Notes under the pieces: generated by a model
The model's input: the letters and a program-made list of their open reading frames with translations, nothing else
Told to the model about the DNA's origin: nothing
Databases searched by the model: none
Shown here: piece after piece, positions 26,106 to 38,470 of the stretch
Position numbering within the stretch: position 1 is the first letter of the stretch
Layout of the letters: every line of letters begins with the position of its first letter
Translations under genes and position numbers: made by a program
Assembly (NCBI GenBank): GCA_965212505.1
Contig: OZ243123.1
Coordinates: 4,944,313 to 5,008,312, forward strand
Origin: Candidatus Multivoradales bacterium
GTDB lineage: Bacteria > Acidobacteriota > Thermoanaerobaculia > Multivoradales > JAHEKO01
DNA: 64,000 nt
Direction of reading: 5' to 3'

Positions 26106-27605
26106 CTAGGCGCCCCCCTGGAACATCGAGTCGACCGGAACGATGTCGAAGCTGCCGGCACCGATCGGTAGTCCCTCGATGCCTTTGTCCTCCTCGATGA
26201 CTTCGTCCTCGGGCGGCGCGTTGTACGGCATCGGACTCGGTGCGTCCGCCTCCAGGTACTCCTGCACGTCGGCGGCGCCGTTGGTCACCAGCACCGCGGC
26301 GAAGTTGTCGGCTTGGAAGTACTTCTCGATGGCGGCGTTGACGTCGTCGAGAGTGAGCGCCTGGAGTCGGTCGTCGACCTGGTCGATGTAGTAGCCGGCG
26401 CCGTAGAACTGGCTGTCCATCAGGAACCCGAGCCGGTTCGGCAAGGTCTGCGCCCAGAGCTTCGAGTAGTTCACCAGGAAGTCTCGGGTGAGCTCGAACT
26501 CCTCCTGCGTCATGCCACGCTCGATCAGCCGCTCGACCTCGTAGATGGCGTTGCGGAGCGCGAAGTGGGCGGTGTTCGGTACCACCGGGCGCACCCAGAC
26601 GGAGAAGTACTGCTGGCGCCGGGGCACGTTGGGCGTCGGAGAGTTGGTGAACGGCGGCTGGAAGTAGTACTCGATGTAGGAGTAGTCGCCGTAGTTGAGC
26701 CCCCGCTTGCCGCGAAGCTGCTGCATCAGCCGGCCGTGGAAGGTCCGGTGCTCGCCCAGGAAGCTGTTGGCGACCATCAACGGGTAGTAGTCGTCGTCGG
26801 CCCAGGTGACCGAAATCGGATAGCCGAAGTGGATGCCGACCGAGTTGGTCGCCTTCTCGACGAGGGTGAAGTTGCGGCCTTCGATCGCCGCGGGCTCGGG
26901 CAGGTCGACGATACTCGCCGTGCCCACCGGCAGCGCCGAGAGCGAGCTCGCCAGAGAGGCCACGAAGCCGTTCGGATAGCCGCCCGCAACTCCCAACATG
27001 AGGTTGGCCTGGGTGTAGTGCTGCTCGTAGAACGACTTCACGTCGTCGATTGTGATCGAGTCGAGGCCGGTGACCGTTCCCTGCGGGGCGTGGTCGTAGG
27101 GGTGTCCCTCGAACAGCACCTGCTGCATCGTCTCGAGTCCGAGCAGCTCGTCGTTCGAGGCGCGGAGCGTCGTCGTCAGGAAGGTCTTGAGCTGCTCTTT
27201 GTTACGCGTGAAGTCGCTCTCGGCAAAGCCGGGTCGGAGGACGACCTCTTCGAGCAGCTCGATGTACTCGGCGAGCTTCTCGCGGTGGATCTCGCCGGTG
27301 ATCGTGGTGACTTCGCGATCGGTGTTGACGCTGATCGAGGCCGCCATTGGATAGAGCCGGTCGACGATCTCGGAGTACTCGCGATCCGCGCTGCCGGCCT
27401 CTCCGACCATCAGGCCGGTGAGCGAGGCGAGACCTTCTTTGCCTGCGGGGTCGTGGATCGATCCAACCTTGAACATCAAGCGGACGGCGACCAGCGGCGA
27501 GTCGGGGCTCGGCAGGACAACCGACTCGATCGCCGACTGCGGGCTTCCCGAACACGAGACGCCCAACAGCGCGGCGAGGAGGAGGAGAGAGAGTGTTCTA
27601 CGCAT
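26106..27605 (-). CDS. M16-family (insulinase-like) peptidase lipoprotein, non-catalytic-type subunit
   Basis: Lipobox LLGVSCSG. M16 fold similarity; no HxxEH motif. Lies 4 nt from the neighbouring M16 gene. Confidence 0.7.
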   Translation of the reverse strand: MRRTLSLLLLAALLGVSCSGSPQSAIESVVLPSPDSPLVAVRLMFKVGSIHDPAGKEGLASLTGLMVGEAGSADREYSEIVDRLYPMAASISVNTDREVTTITGEIHREKLAEYIELLEEVVLRPGFAESDFTRNKEQLKTFLTTTLRASNDELLGLETMQQVLFEGHPYDHAPQGTVTGLDSITIDDVKSFYEQHYTQANLMLGVAGGYPNGFVASLASSLSALPVGTASIVDLPEPAAIEGRNFTLVEKATNSVGIHFGYPISVTWADDDYYPLMVANSFLGEHRTFHGRLMQQLRGKRGLNYGDYSYIEYYFQPPFTNSPTPNVPRRQQYFSVWVRPVVPNTAHFALRNAIYEVERLIERGMTQEEFELTRDFLVNYSKLWAQTLPNRLGFLMDSQFYGAGYYIDQVDDRLQALTLDDVNAAIEKYFQADNFAAVLVTNGAADVQEYLEADAPSPMPYNAPPEDEVIEEDKGIEGLPIGAGSFDIVPVDSMFQGGA

Positions 27606-27608
27606 GGA

Positions 27609-28970
<1,362 letters not shown>

Positions 28971-29046
28971 CTGGTTCCTCCTTGGGGTGGGTCGCTGGGG
29001 TTTCTGACTCGAGGCGCCGCGGTGTGGGTGGCGCCTGAGGGACGGT

Positions 29047-29355
29047 TTAGTCGAGGTCGATCGGCCGCGGAGGCGGGCCGTCGTCGGGGTCTTGCTTCGC
29101 CTGGCGAAGAGCCTCTTCGAAGCGCTCCTCCAAGAGCCGGTCGCGGTCGCGGTGCGCCTCCACCTCGCGCTCGAAGATCTCTTCCGCCTGGGATTTTTCT
29201 TCCTTCAACTCCTCGAGCAGCATGTCGAAATCACGATCCGCGCCGCTCGGGGCTTTTGCCTTCTTGTGGTAGAGCACCTCACCTGTCGTCGCGTCGACGA
29301 CCAGGTGAGATTCGCAGTCGGGGCACCGCAGGGTCAGTTTGCTCGGTTCCGCCAC
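29047..29355 (-). CDS. Small acidic hypothetical protein (102 aa) with single CPDC knuckle
   Basis: GTG start. GC3-rich frame. LTLRCPDCESHLVV. Charged coiled-coil-like tail. The antisense ORF 29092..29397 (+) is judged less protein-like. Confidence 0.4.
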   Translation of the reverse strand: MAEPSKLTLRCPDCESHLVVDATTGEVLYHKKAKAPSGADRDFDMLLEELKEEKSQAEEIFEREVEAHRDRDRLLEERFEEALRQAKQDPDDGPPPRPIDLD

Positions 29356-29477
29356 GGCGACATTCTAACCAACGGGCACGAAGCGCTTGTCTGGTGAGTC
29401 AAAGGTGGTAGGGTTAGTTAGGGTGTTCTGCCCTACCGAATAGTCTGTTTGGATCGAGAAGGAGGCGGTCGGAAGAC

Positions 29478-30647
29478 ATGCGACGCTATCTTTGGTTGGC
29501 CTTTCTGTCGATTGCGGTTCTCGGGTGCAATGAGGACGAAGCGATCCAGTTCGGTGCGGTACTCCCCCTCACGGGCCCATACGCAATCTACGGGCAATCG
29601 ATCAAGAAGGGCGTCGAGATCGCGGTCGAGGACATCGCCGCGAGAGACGGCTTCCCGTACGAGATCGAGATTCGTATCGAAGACTCGGAGGGTGATCCGG
29701 AGACGGCGCGCTCCCTGCTCGACCAGATGTTCGGCGACGGTGTCTTCGCCGTAGTCGGTGGCGTGACCACTGCCGAGGCGCTGGCCATGGTTGCCGAGGC
29801 GGACCGTTCTGAGCGGGTTCTGGTCTCGCCGTCGGCCTCCAGTCCGGAGCTCACCGGCATCTCCAAGAACTTCTATCGCGTCTTCCCGTCGGACTCGCGC
29901 GAAGGCACGACGATGGGGAACTTTGCGGCCCGGAAGCTGCAAATCGAGAACGTCGTCATCATCACCAAAGAGGACCCGTTCGCGCGTGGCATTCAGGAGG
30001 TCTTCAAGACCGAGTTCGAGCGCAATGGTGGCTCGGTTTCCGAGGTGATCGAGTACCCGCAGGGCGCTGCCGATTTCTCCGGCTTCATCGACCGGGTGAT
30101 GACCCTGGCTCCGCAGGCCGTCTACGTGGCGGCCTATGCCGAGGACACCGCCAAGATGATCCAGGCGCTGCGCGAGCGTCAGTTCGACGGCAACATCTTG
30201 ACCACGGCCGCCTTTGCGCTGCCTGAGGTCATCGAAAGAGTCGGTTCCGACGCGGAGAAGGTCTTCCTCACGCGAGCGGTCTTCGAGCTCGACAGTGAAG
30301 ACCCGGCGATCGGCAAGTTCGTCGAGTCGTACCGAACGAAGTTCGGCCTGTCGCCCGACCTCTACGCGGCCCATGGCTATGACTCGCTGATGGTGATGGC
30401 GGCCGGTCTCGAGGAGACGGGCCCCTTCCCTCGCGACCTCTGGAAGGGTGTACGAGGCATTCGCGACTTCCCGGGCGTGACCGGAACGATTCAGTTCGAC
30501 GAGAAGGGCGATGCGCAGAAGTTCCCGCGTGTCTACGTGGTCGAGAGCGGCAACCTCGTCGACTATGAGAAGGAAGTCGAACGCCGCCGGGCCGAGCTGC
30601 TCGAGCGCCTGCGACAGCTCGAAGAGCGGCAGCGCGACGGCGGGTAG
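29478..30647 (+). CDS. ABC-transporter substrate-binding lipoprotein (type-1 periplasmic binding protein, Liv-like)
   Basis: Lipobox AVLGCNE with GGAGG RBS. PBP1 fold sequence (AVLPLTGPYAIYG…, …GYDSLMVMA…). No permease or ATPase genes adjacent. Confidence 0.75.
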   Translation: MRRYLWLAFLSIAVLGCNEDEAIQFGAVLPLTGPYAIYGQSIKKGVEIAVEDIAARDGFPYEIEIRIEDSEGDPETARSLLDQMFGDGVFAVVGGVTTAEALAMVAEADRSERVLVSPSASSPELTGISKNFYRVFPSDSREGTTMGNFAARKLQIENVVIITKEDPFARGIQEVFKTEFERNGGSVSEVIEYPQGAADFSGFIDRVMTLAPQAVYVAAYAEDTAKMIQALRERQFDGNILTTAAFALPEVIERVGSDAEKVFLTRAVFELDSEDPAIGKFVESYRTKFGLSPDLYAAHGYDSLMVMAAGLEETGPFPRDLWKGVRGIRDFPGVTGTIQFDEKGDAQKFPRVYVVESGNLVDYEKEVERRRAELLERLRQLEERQRDGG

Positions 30648-30681
30648 TCGTCGCTCCGGTTGGTCTCGGTAGTCGCCGGGC

Positions 30682-31368
30682 GTGCGCTCGCGCTTTGAGA
30701 GGTGCCATCTGAAAGGCCGATCCAGGCTCGGGCTCGTTCTGCCTCTCTCGCTGGCTCTGTGGCTGCTCGCGCCGGTTGGCGCAAGAGCCCAGAAACCACC
30801 GCGGCCGCCGGCGAGCACCGGCGAGCTCGGGTCCTGGGCAGAAGGGCCGGTCCGCTGGCTCCTCCTCCCGGCGGAGCGGCAGGACCTGGCAAAGGCCTCG
30901 AGTCCTGCCGAGGCGTTGGGTTTTGTCGAGCGCTTCTGGGCGCGGCGCGACCCTGACCCGGCGACGCCGATCAATCCGTTCCGCGACACCTTCTACCAGA
31001 GGGTGGAGGCGGCGGACCTGCTCTATCGCGACGACGGCGATCGCGGCAGTTTGACGGTTCGGGGTCGAGCGCTGATTCTGCTCGGCTCGCCGACCGGTCT
31101 GCGGGTGACCAACTACGAAGCGCTCGAGTGGGACCCGTCAGCGGGCACGCCGGACAACGTGCGCGTTCGTCAGCTACCGATGGAGATCTGGTCGTATCAA
31201 CCCGGCGATCTACCGGTGTCGCTCCGGCAGGCGCTCGCGGCGACCGACGAGCAGGCGGAGTACCGGGTGAGCTTCGTGCGCGACGAGCGCGGCATGTCGC
31301 TGCGAGAAGGAGAGGAGTTGCTCGACTTGGCGCTGCGAACGGCGCTCGCCCTGGGTAGAGAAGAGTAG
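30682..31368 (+). CDS. Secreted hypothetical protein
   Basis: GTG start. Signal-like LGLVLPLSLALWLLAPVGARAQ. Motif FVERFWARRDPDPATPINPFRDTFYQRV loosely resembles the GWxTD-domain family (not asserted). Confidence 0.5.
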   Translation: MRSRFERCHLKGRSRLGLVLPLSLALWLLAPVGARAQKPPRPPASTGELGSWAEGPVRWLLLPAERQDLAKASSPAEALGFVERFWARRDPDPATPINPFRDTFYQRVEAADLLYRDDGDRGSLTVRGRALILLGSPTGLRVTNYEALEWDPSAGTPDNVRVRQLPMEIWSYQPGDLPVSLRQALAATDEQAEYRVSFVRDERGMSLREGEELLDLALRTALALGREE

Positions 31369-31398
31369 GATGACGCTCTCGACAACGGAGGTCTGAAC

Positions 31399-33072
<1,674 letters not shown>

Positions 33073-33074
33073 CG

Positions 33075-33638
33075 ATGAGCCGACGGATGGTTGCGACCGC
33101 GTGTTTTGCGGCACTCATGGCCGTCATTTCCGTAGCGGTGCGGTCGGCCACCACCAAAGCAGACTTCGACACCCTCGTGAGCTACTTCGCCGCCGGAAGC
33201 GCAACTTGGCAGCAGGACAACGCCGACCCTGGGGAGGGCAAAGCGACTCACTGGGTTCGCCGCCACACGGTGGACGGCGATCTATCGACGACTCGGGTCG
33301 TGGGGGTCTTCGCCGACGGCCGTTGCGAGCCGGTGACCACGATCGAACATCGCTGGTTTGTGGATGACAGCTCCATTCGAACGTCGTCAACCACGGCCGG
33401 TGGGCTGGCGTTCGGCGGCCACGTCGAGGCGCTCGATGACTCGCGCTTTCAAACGACCGCGGGCGGAACCCTGCCGGACGGCACGGAGCTCAAGATGCGC
33501 GACGTGACCGATCTGTCGGTGCCCGACTCGAGTCTGACGCGCGCCGAACGGTGGGCAGGCGACCGCTGGGTGCCGCTCGACACCGCGACCTGGCGCCGCG
33601 TAGCGGCGGACGCATGGTGCGGTGAATCGGAGGACTAG
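33075..33638 (+). CDS. Secreted hypothetical protein
   Basis: ATG 3 nt after the upstream stop (operonic). Signal peptide MSRRMVATACFAALMAVISVAVRSA. Confidence 0.5.
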   Translation: MSRRMVATACFAALMAVISVAVRSATTKADFDTLVSYFAAGSATWQQDNADPGEGKATHWVRRHTVDGDLSTTRVVGVFADGRCEPVTTIEHRWFVDDSSIRTSSTTAGGLAFGGHVEALDDSRFQTTAGGTLPDGTELKMRDVTDLSVPDSSLTRAERWAGDRWVPLDTATWRRVAADAWCGESED

Positions 33639-33798
33639 GGGTGTCGCCCGAGGTCGGGCTGCTGCGCGAGCACGCCGCGGGATCGGGCGTTCTCGAGTGC
33701 GCCAGAGCAAGCTAGTTTCCAGCGAGTCAACGGCGAAGACCCTGAGAGGTTCTACTTTGTCGCTTCTCCGGTTTCGATCACCAAGTCTTTGTCTCACG

Positions 33799-34287
33799 AT
33801 GCCGCTTGTCGCGGTGGCATTGGTATCCGCCGCATCGACGCTGAATGCCTGTGCCGCTGCAAACGTGCCGCATCCGACAGACGACGTGCTCAGCGTTGGT
33901 TACTCCGTTGGTATGGTCAGCTCCGAAGTCTTCTTCTTCGAGGACGGCACGATCAGCTATCGGGATCGAGGCAGGGTCTTGCGGACGAAGTCCCTTCGGC
34001 AGGAGGACCGGCAGCGGTTGAGACAAACTCTCTCCAGTCCGAGATTCGGCGCGGCGATCGAGGCTCTGAGAGCCTCGGGATACAGGCCTCACTGCTGTGA
34101 CATGCCCGAGGTCGAGGTCTTCCACCGAACTCGTGGCTACTCTGTGGGCTATGAGGTGTGCGAAGCGGGCGAGGAGCCGGAGGTTGGCTTCCTCGTGGAG
34201 TTGGTAAATGAGATCGGGGCACGCTATTACCCCAGGCGTTTCGAGCCCCTTCCGGCGCTGGCTTGCAAGAGCAATCAGTTTTCCTAG
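33799..34287 (+). CDS. Hypothetical lipoprotein in a lower-GC islet
   Basis: Track ORF trimmed to ATG 33799 (MPLVAVALVSAASTLNACAAA lipobox). Locally reduced GC and weak GC3 bias compared with flanks. Confidence 0.45.
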   Translation: MPLVAVALVSAASTLNACAAANVPHPTDDVLSVGYSVGMVSSEVFFFEDGTISYRDRGRVLRTKSLRQEDRQRLRQTLSSPRFGAAIEALRASGYRPHCCDMPEVEVFHRTRGYSVGYEVCEAGEEPEVGFLVELVNEIGARYYPRRFEPLPALACKSNQFS

Positions 34288-34493
34288 TGGGGCCCGCATT
34301 GGGTGCGCACTAGTGCCCCCGTTTCAGGCCGCGAAGATCTCCAAGTGACGGCTTACGACGAGGCCGACGATCTCAAAGTGATGATCCAGCACGCAGCCGG
34401 TGAGGATCCAGCAGGAGGTTGCGAATGTCTCCTTGCACGTGGGGTAGTCGTCGGACGTCCTCACGGCTCCAACCACCTCGAGGCTCCGTTTGC

Positions 34494-34871
34494 ATGAGAA
34501 CCCGGCTCATCTCGGTAGCGCTCGTTCTGGTCATGGGCTACCTGCTACGGCTCACGATGTCGGGAGCACGCTTGCGCGTTCACGTCGAAGCGGCACTTAC
34601 GTGGGCACCGTTGCTGTTTTTCTTGTCGGTCCTCGTTTTGACGGACAGCCTGAGTCGTAGGAAGAAGATTGCCCTGGTTGGCGCAGTCCTCGTTCTCGGT
34701 GGAGGAATCATGGCCTACACCGGTACTTTGGTCGTCATGAAGGCGACGTTCGACTCCTGGAGCTGGATCTGTAGTTCGTTGCTTCTGGCGGTTGGCCTGA
34801 CTGTCGTCCTGTACCTGTCTCGCATTCTCGAACGCGGGTTGAGACACATCGCGAACGACGGACCGAACTAG
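34494..34871 (+). CDS. Small membrane protein (3-4 TM) in lower-GC islet
   Basis: ATG 34494 in an ATGA overlap with the stop of a 64-aa upstream ORF (34303..34497). Hydrophobic MRTRLISVALVLVMGYLL…. Confidence 0.45.
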   Translation: MRTRLISVALVLVMGYLLRLTMSGARLRVHVEAALTWAPLLFFLSVLVLTDSLSRRKKIALVGAVLVLGGGIMAYTGTLVVMKATFDSWSWICSSLLLAVGLTVVLYLSRILERGLRHIANDGPN

Positions 34872-35001
34872 ACGTTCTGGCAGCGACTTGGTCCTGGGCG
34901 CGGAGTCCGCCGAAGCGCGCCAGGAGCGCCCGTCGCTCCTCCGTTGTGGCAAACTGCCCCCGACCGTGCCGAGCCCCGTCAAACGCAGCGGCCTCCTGGG
35001 C

Positions 35002-35799
35002 ATGTTGGAGGCCCTCTGGGTCTTTCGACGATTTGTCTTCGGGATGGTCGGTCGGGAGTTTCGCGGCCGTTATCTCGGCTCGCTGCTCGGCGGCGTCTGG
35101 GCGGTACTCACACCGCTCGCGACGATTCTGATCTACCTGATCGTCTTCTCGGCGGTCATGCGCGGCAAGCTGCCGGGGGTTGCCGGCGAGGCGGGTGACT
35201 CGCTCAGCTACGGGCTCTTCCTCTGCACGGGCATCCTCATCTGGGGATTCTTCGCCGAGGTGGTTGGGCGCTGTCAGGTGGTGTTCGTCGAGAGTGCGAA
35301 CCTGCTCAAGAAGATGAGTTTTCCGCGCATCACGCTGCCGGTGATCGTGCTGCTGTCGGCGGCGCTCAACTTCTTGCTGGTGGCGGTGATCTTTGTCGTT
35401 CTCTTGTTGGTCGTCGGGCGCTTCCCAGGCGAGGCGATGCTCGCGTTTCTGCCGCTCCTGGTTGTACAGCAGGGTTTCGCGATTGGACTCGGGATTCTGC
35501 TCGGCACGCTGCACGTCTTCTTCCGTGACGTCGGCCAGCTCTGGTCGGTGTTGCTCAATCTCTGGTTCTGGTCGACGCCGATCGTTTACCCGATCGCGAT
35601 TCTGCCGGAGCGCATTCGCGACGTTCTCTCCTGGAACCCGCTGACGCCGCTCTTTCTGAGCTATCAGCGCATTGTGCTCGACAACGCGTGGCCGAGCTGG
35701 ACGGAGCTCCGTTGGCCTCTGGTCGTGGCGGGCTTCTTTTTGATCGTGGGTCTGGTGGTCTTCCGCCGCCTGTCGCACGAGATGGTGGACGAGCTGTGA
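35002..35799 (+). CDS. ABC-2 type exporter permease (Wzm/TagG/KpsM-like)
   Basis: Trimmed to ATG 35002 (MLEALWVFRRFVFGMVGREFRGRY = ABC-2 N-terminal motif). Six TM segments. Confidence 0.75.
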   Translation: MLEALWVFRRFVFGMVGREFRGRYLGSLLGGVWAVLTPLATILIYLIVFSAVMRGKLPGVAGEAGDSLSYGLFLCTGILIWGFFAEVVGRCQVVFVESANLLKKMSFPRITLPVIVLLSAALNFLLVAVIFVVLLLVVGRFPGEAMLAFLPLLVVQQGFAIGLGILLGTLHVFFRDVGQLWSVLLNLWFWSTPIVYPIAILPERIRDVLSWNPLTPLFLSYQRIVLDNAWPSWTELRWPLVVAGFFLIVGLVVFRRLSHEMVDEL

Positions 35800-37043
35800 G
35801 CGAGATCACGATGCCGGGCGGCGAGATCCGCGCGGAGAGCCTCGGCAAGTGCTACAAGCGCTACCCTGCGCCGCGTCACCGGGCGCTCGAGTGGGCGACC
35901 TTCGGAGCGCTGCGCCGCCATCAGGAGCTCTGGGCGCTCCGCCAGGTCTCGTTCGAAGTTCACCGTGGAGAAGCGGTCGGCATCGTGGGGCAGAACGGGG
36001 CCGGCAAGTCGACACTCCTCAAACTGATTGTCGGCACCACTCGCGCCACCGAAGGGAACTTCTCGGTCAGCGGTCGGGTGTCGGCGCTGCTCGAGCTCGG
36101 GATGGGCTTTCACCCAGACTTCACGGGCAAGCAGAACGCCCTGATGGCGCTCCAGATGATGGGCATGGATGAGGCCGAGGCCGAGGGCTGCCTGCCTGAG
36201 ATCGCCCGCTTCTCGGAGCTCGACGGGGTGCTCGACCGGCCGTTGCGCACCTATTCGAGCGGCATGCAGATGCGCCTCGGCTTCTCGGTGGCGACCACCC
36301 ATCGCCCCGACGTCCTGATCGTCGACGAAGCGCTCTCCGTGGGCGATGCCTACTTCCAGCACAAGTGCATCGGCCGGATTCGTGAGTTCAAGGACGCGGG
36401 GACGACCATGCTCTTCGTCTCGCACGACCCGGCCGCGGTCAAGACGCTCTGCGATCGTGCGCTCCTGCTCGACCAGGGGCTGCTGGTCCGGGAAGGTCCG
36501 GCCGAAGCGATTCTCGACTACTACAACGCGATGATCGCGCAGCGCGAGAAGGAGGCCTCGATTCAACAGCTGGCCTCCGACGAACGGCGGGTACAAACGC
36601 GCTCGGGCGACGGCAAGGCGACGATTGCGGCGGTGCGCCTGACCGACCCCGAGGGCGTCGAGAGCGCCTCTTTCACGACCGGTGAGCAGGGCGTCTTCGA
36701 GGTCGACCTCGACTTCGGCGAAGACCTGGCCGACTACACCGTGGGCATCCTCCTTCGCGATCGCCTGGGCAACGAAGTCTTCGGCGCCAACACGACCTAC
36801 CTCGACGTGCCGACCCCGCCCGCTCGTGCCGGCGACCGCCGAACGGCGCGTTTTGCCGTCGACCTCGAGCTCGGCCACGGGCACTACTCGCTGACTGTTG
36901 CCGTGCACGCCCCGACCGGCCACGTGTCGGAGAACCACGACTGGATCGACAACGCGCTCTCCTTCCAGGTGATCCCGGGAGACAAGTATCGATTCGCGGG
37001 CGTCGCACGACTGCCGGTCGACGCTCGGTTCGAAGGGGAGTAG
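35796..37043 (+). CDS. ABC exporter ATP-binding protein (Wzt/TagH-like) with about 190-aa C-terminal extension
   Basis: GTG in a GTGA overlap with the permease stop (alternative ATG 35811). Walker A GQNGAGKST. Signature YSSGMQMRLGF. Walker B LIVDEALSVGD. C-terminal extra domain as in O-antigen-binding Wzt. Confidence 0.8.
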   Translation: MSEITMPGGEIRAESLGKCYKRYPAPRHRALEWATFGALRRHQELWALRQVSFEVHRGEAVGIVGQNGAGKSTLLKLIVGTTRATEGNFSVSGRVSALLELGMGFHPDFTGKQNALMALQMMGMDEAEAEGCLPEIARFSELDGVLDRPLRTYSSGMQMRLGFSVATTHRPDVLIVDEALSVGDAYFQHKCIGRIREFKDAGTTMLFVSHDPAAVKTLCDRALLLDQGLLVREGPAEAILDYYNAMIAQREKEASIQQLASDERRVQTRSGDGKATIAAVRLTDPEGVESASFTTGEQGVFEVDLDFGEDLADYTVGILLRDRLGNEVFGANTTYLDVPTPPARAGDRRTARFAVDLELGHGHYSLTVAVHAPTGHVSENHDWIDNALSFQVIPGDKYRFAGVARLPVDARFEGE

Positions 37044-37084
37044 TCGATCGATCCGAAGAGGGTCGAGCGCCGGATGAATCGCAA

Positions 37085-38470
37085 ATGAGCTTTGGACCCC
37101 GGCTGTTGCCGCCTGTCGTCTGCGCGACGTTCCTGCTCGCGAGCTCGGTCGTCGCTCAGGAGCCGATTCTCGAGGGAGCCGATCCTGCGGTTCGCAAGCG
37201 GATCGAGGCGGCAAAAAGCAGAACGGTGACGGAGCCCAAAGACGCCGTCGCATGGCTCGAGCTTGGACAGGTTCTCCACGCGCACGAGCTGACCGACCCG
37301 GCGCTCGACGCCTACCGTCGCGCTGCCGAGCTTGCACCCGAAACCGCCAGGGCCTGGTACCTCCAGGCGCTCACCCTGGCCGAACTGGGCGACCTCGAGG
37401 GCGCGCTTGCAACGCTCGACGACGTGGACGACCTGGTCACCAGCTACGCGCCGGCTCACTGGCGCCGTGGTCGCTGGCTCGCCGAGCTCGGGCGTGCCGA
37501 CGAGGCCGAGCTCGCGTTCCGGAGATCGGTCGACGTCGACCCCGCAGCCGCGGCCGGTTGGGTGGGTATCGCCCGCATTCTGCTCGAGCGCGGACAGCCG
37601 CGCGAGGTCATCGATCTCCTGACGCCGGTGCTCACGGCAGATCGCACCAACGGCGTGGCCGGTCAGCTGCTCGGTCGTGCTCTGGTTGCCGCCGGTGACG
37701 AGACCGCCGCTCGCCGCGTTCTCGGGATGAGTGCCGGAATGGGAGCGTACTTTCCCGACGAGTGGCACGAGGAGGTGCTCACCTCGGCCGCGGGCGTGGT
37801 CAACACGTTGCGGTTACTCAGCGCGCGCCTGGAGCGGGGTGAGGTCGACCGAGTCGTTCGAGAGCTTCAGGAGCTACGGCTCAGTCATCCCGACCACGTT
37901 GGGCTGCTGAATCAGCTCGCCGAGGCCCATCTGCAGCGGAGCGAGATACCCGCGGCTCTCGAAGCCCTCCAGGCGGCGCTCGTGGTCGACGCGAACGAGT
38001 TCCTGACGTTGGTTCACCTGGCGCAGGCGTATCGGTTCCGTGGCGAGGCGGCCACGGCGCTCACCTGGGCCGACCGGGCCGTCGAGGCGAACCCACGCCT
38101 CTGGCAGGGTCACTTCGAGCGCGCCTCGATCTTCCACGGCGCCGGGCGACTCGAGGAGGCCGTGGCGTCGCTCGAGCAGGCGATGCGCTCGGGGGCGCAC
38201 CAGAACCCCAACGCGTGGCTGATGCAGGGAGACGCGTACATCCGGCTGGGGTCGTGGCCCGAGGCGGAGCGTACCTTCGAACAGGCGACAAACCGCTTCC
38301 CCTTTCTGGGCCAGGCATGGGTGGGGCTCGCGGTTGCGCGTGTAGAACAGCGGCTCCTGGACGGCGCGCGCGAGGCGCTGGCGACCGCCGGCGAGCTTCA
38401 GGAAGAGGATGCGACGATGATCAAGATCCGCAACCGAATCCGAGAGTTCGAAGGGGAGGGAAACCGGTGA
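37085..38470 (+). CDS. Secreted TPR-repeat protein
   Basis: Signal peptide MSFGPRLLPPVVCATFLLASSVVAQ. Multiple TPR units. Confidence 0.65.
   Translation: MSFGPRLLPPVVCATFLLASSVVAQEPILEGADPAVRKRIEAAKSRTVTEPKDAVAWLELGQVLHAHELTDPALDAYRRAAELAPETARAWYLQALTLAELGDLEGALATLDDVDDLVTSYAPAHWRRGRWLAELGRADEAELAFRRSVDVDPAAAAGWVGIARILLERGQPREVIDLLTPVLTADRTNGVAGQLLGRALVAAGDETAARRVLGMSAGMGAYFPDEWHEEVLTSAAGVVNTLRLLSARLERGEVDRVVRELQELRLSHPDHVGLLNQLAEAHLQRSEIPAALEALQAALVVDANEFLTLVHLAQAYRFRGEAATALTWADRAVEANPRLWQGHFERASIFHGAGRLEEAVASLEQAMRSGAHQNPNAWLMQGDAYIRLGSWPEAERTFEQATNRFPFLGQAWVGLAVARVEQRLLDGAREALATAGELQEEDATMIKIRNRIREFEGEGNR

Noticed and set aside
35664-37337. 557-aa minus-strand ORF
   Set aside because: Antisense to the Wzt-like ABC ATPase, whose Walker A/B and signature motifs are unambiguous.
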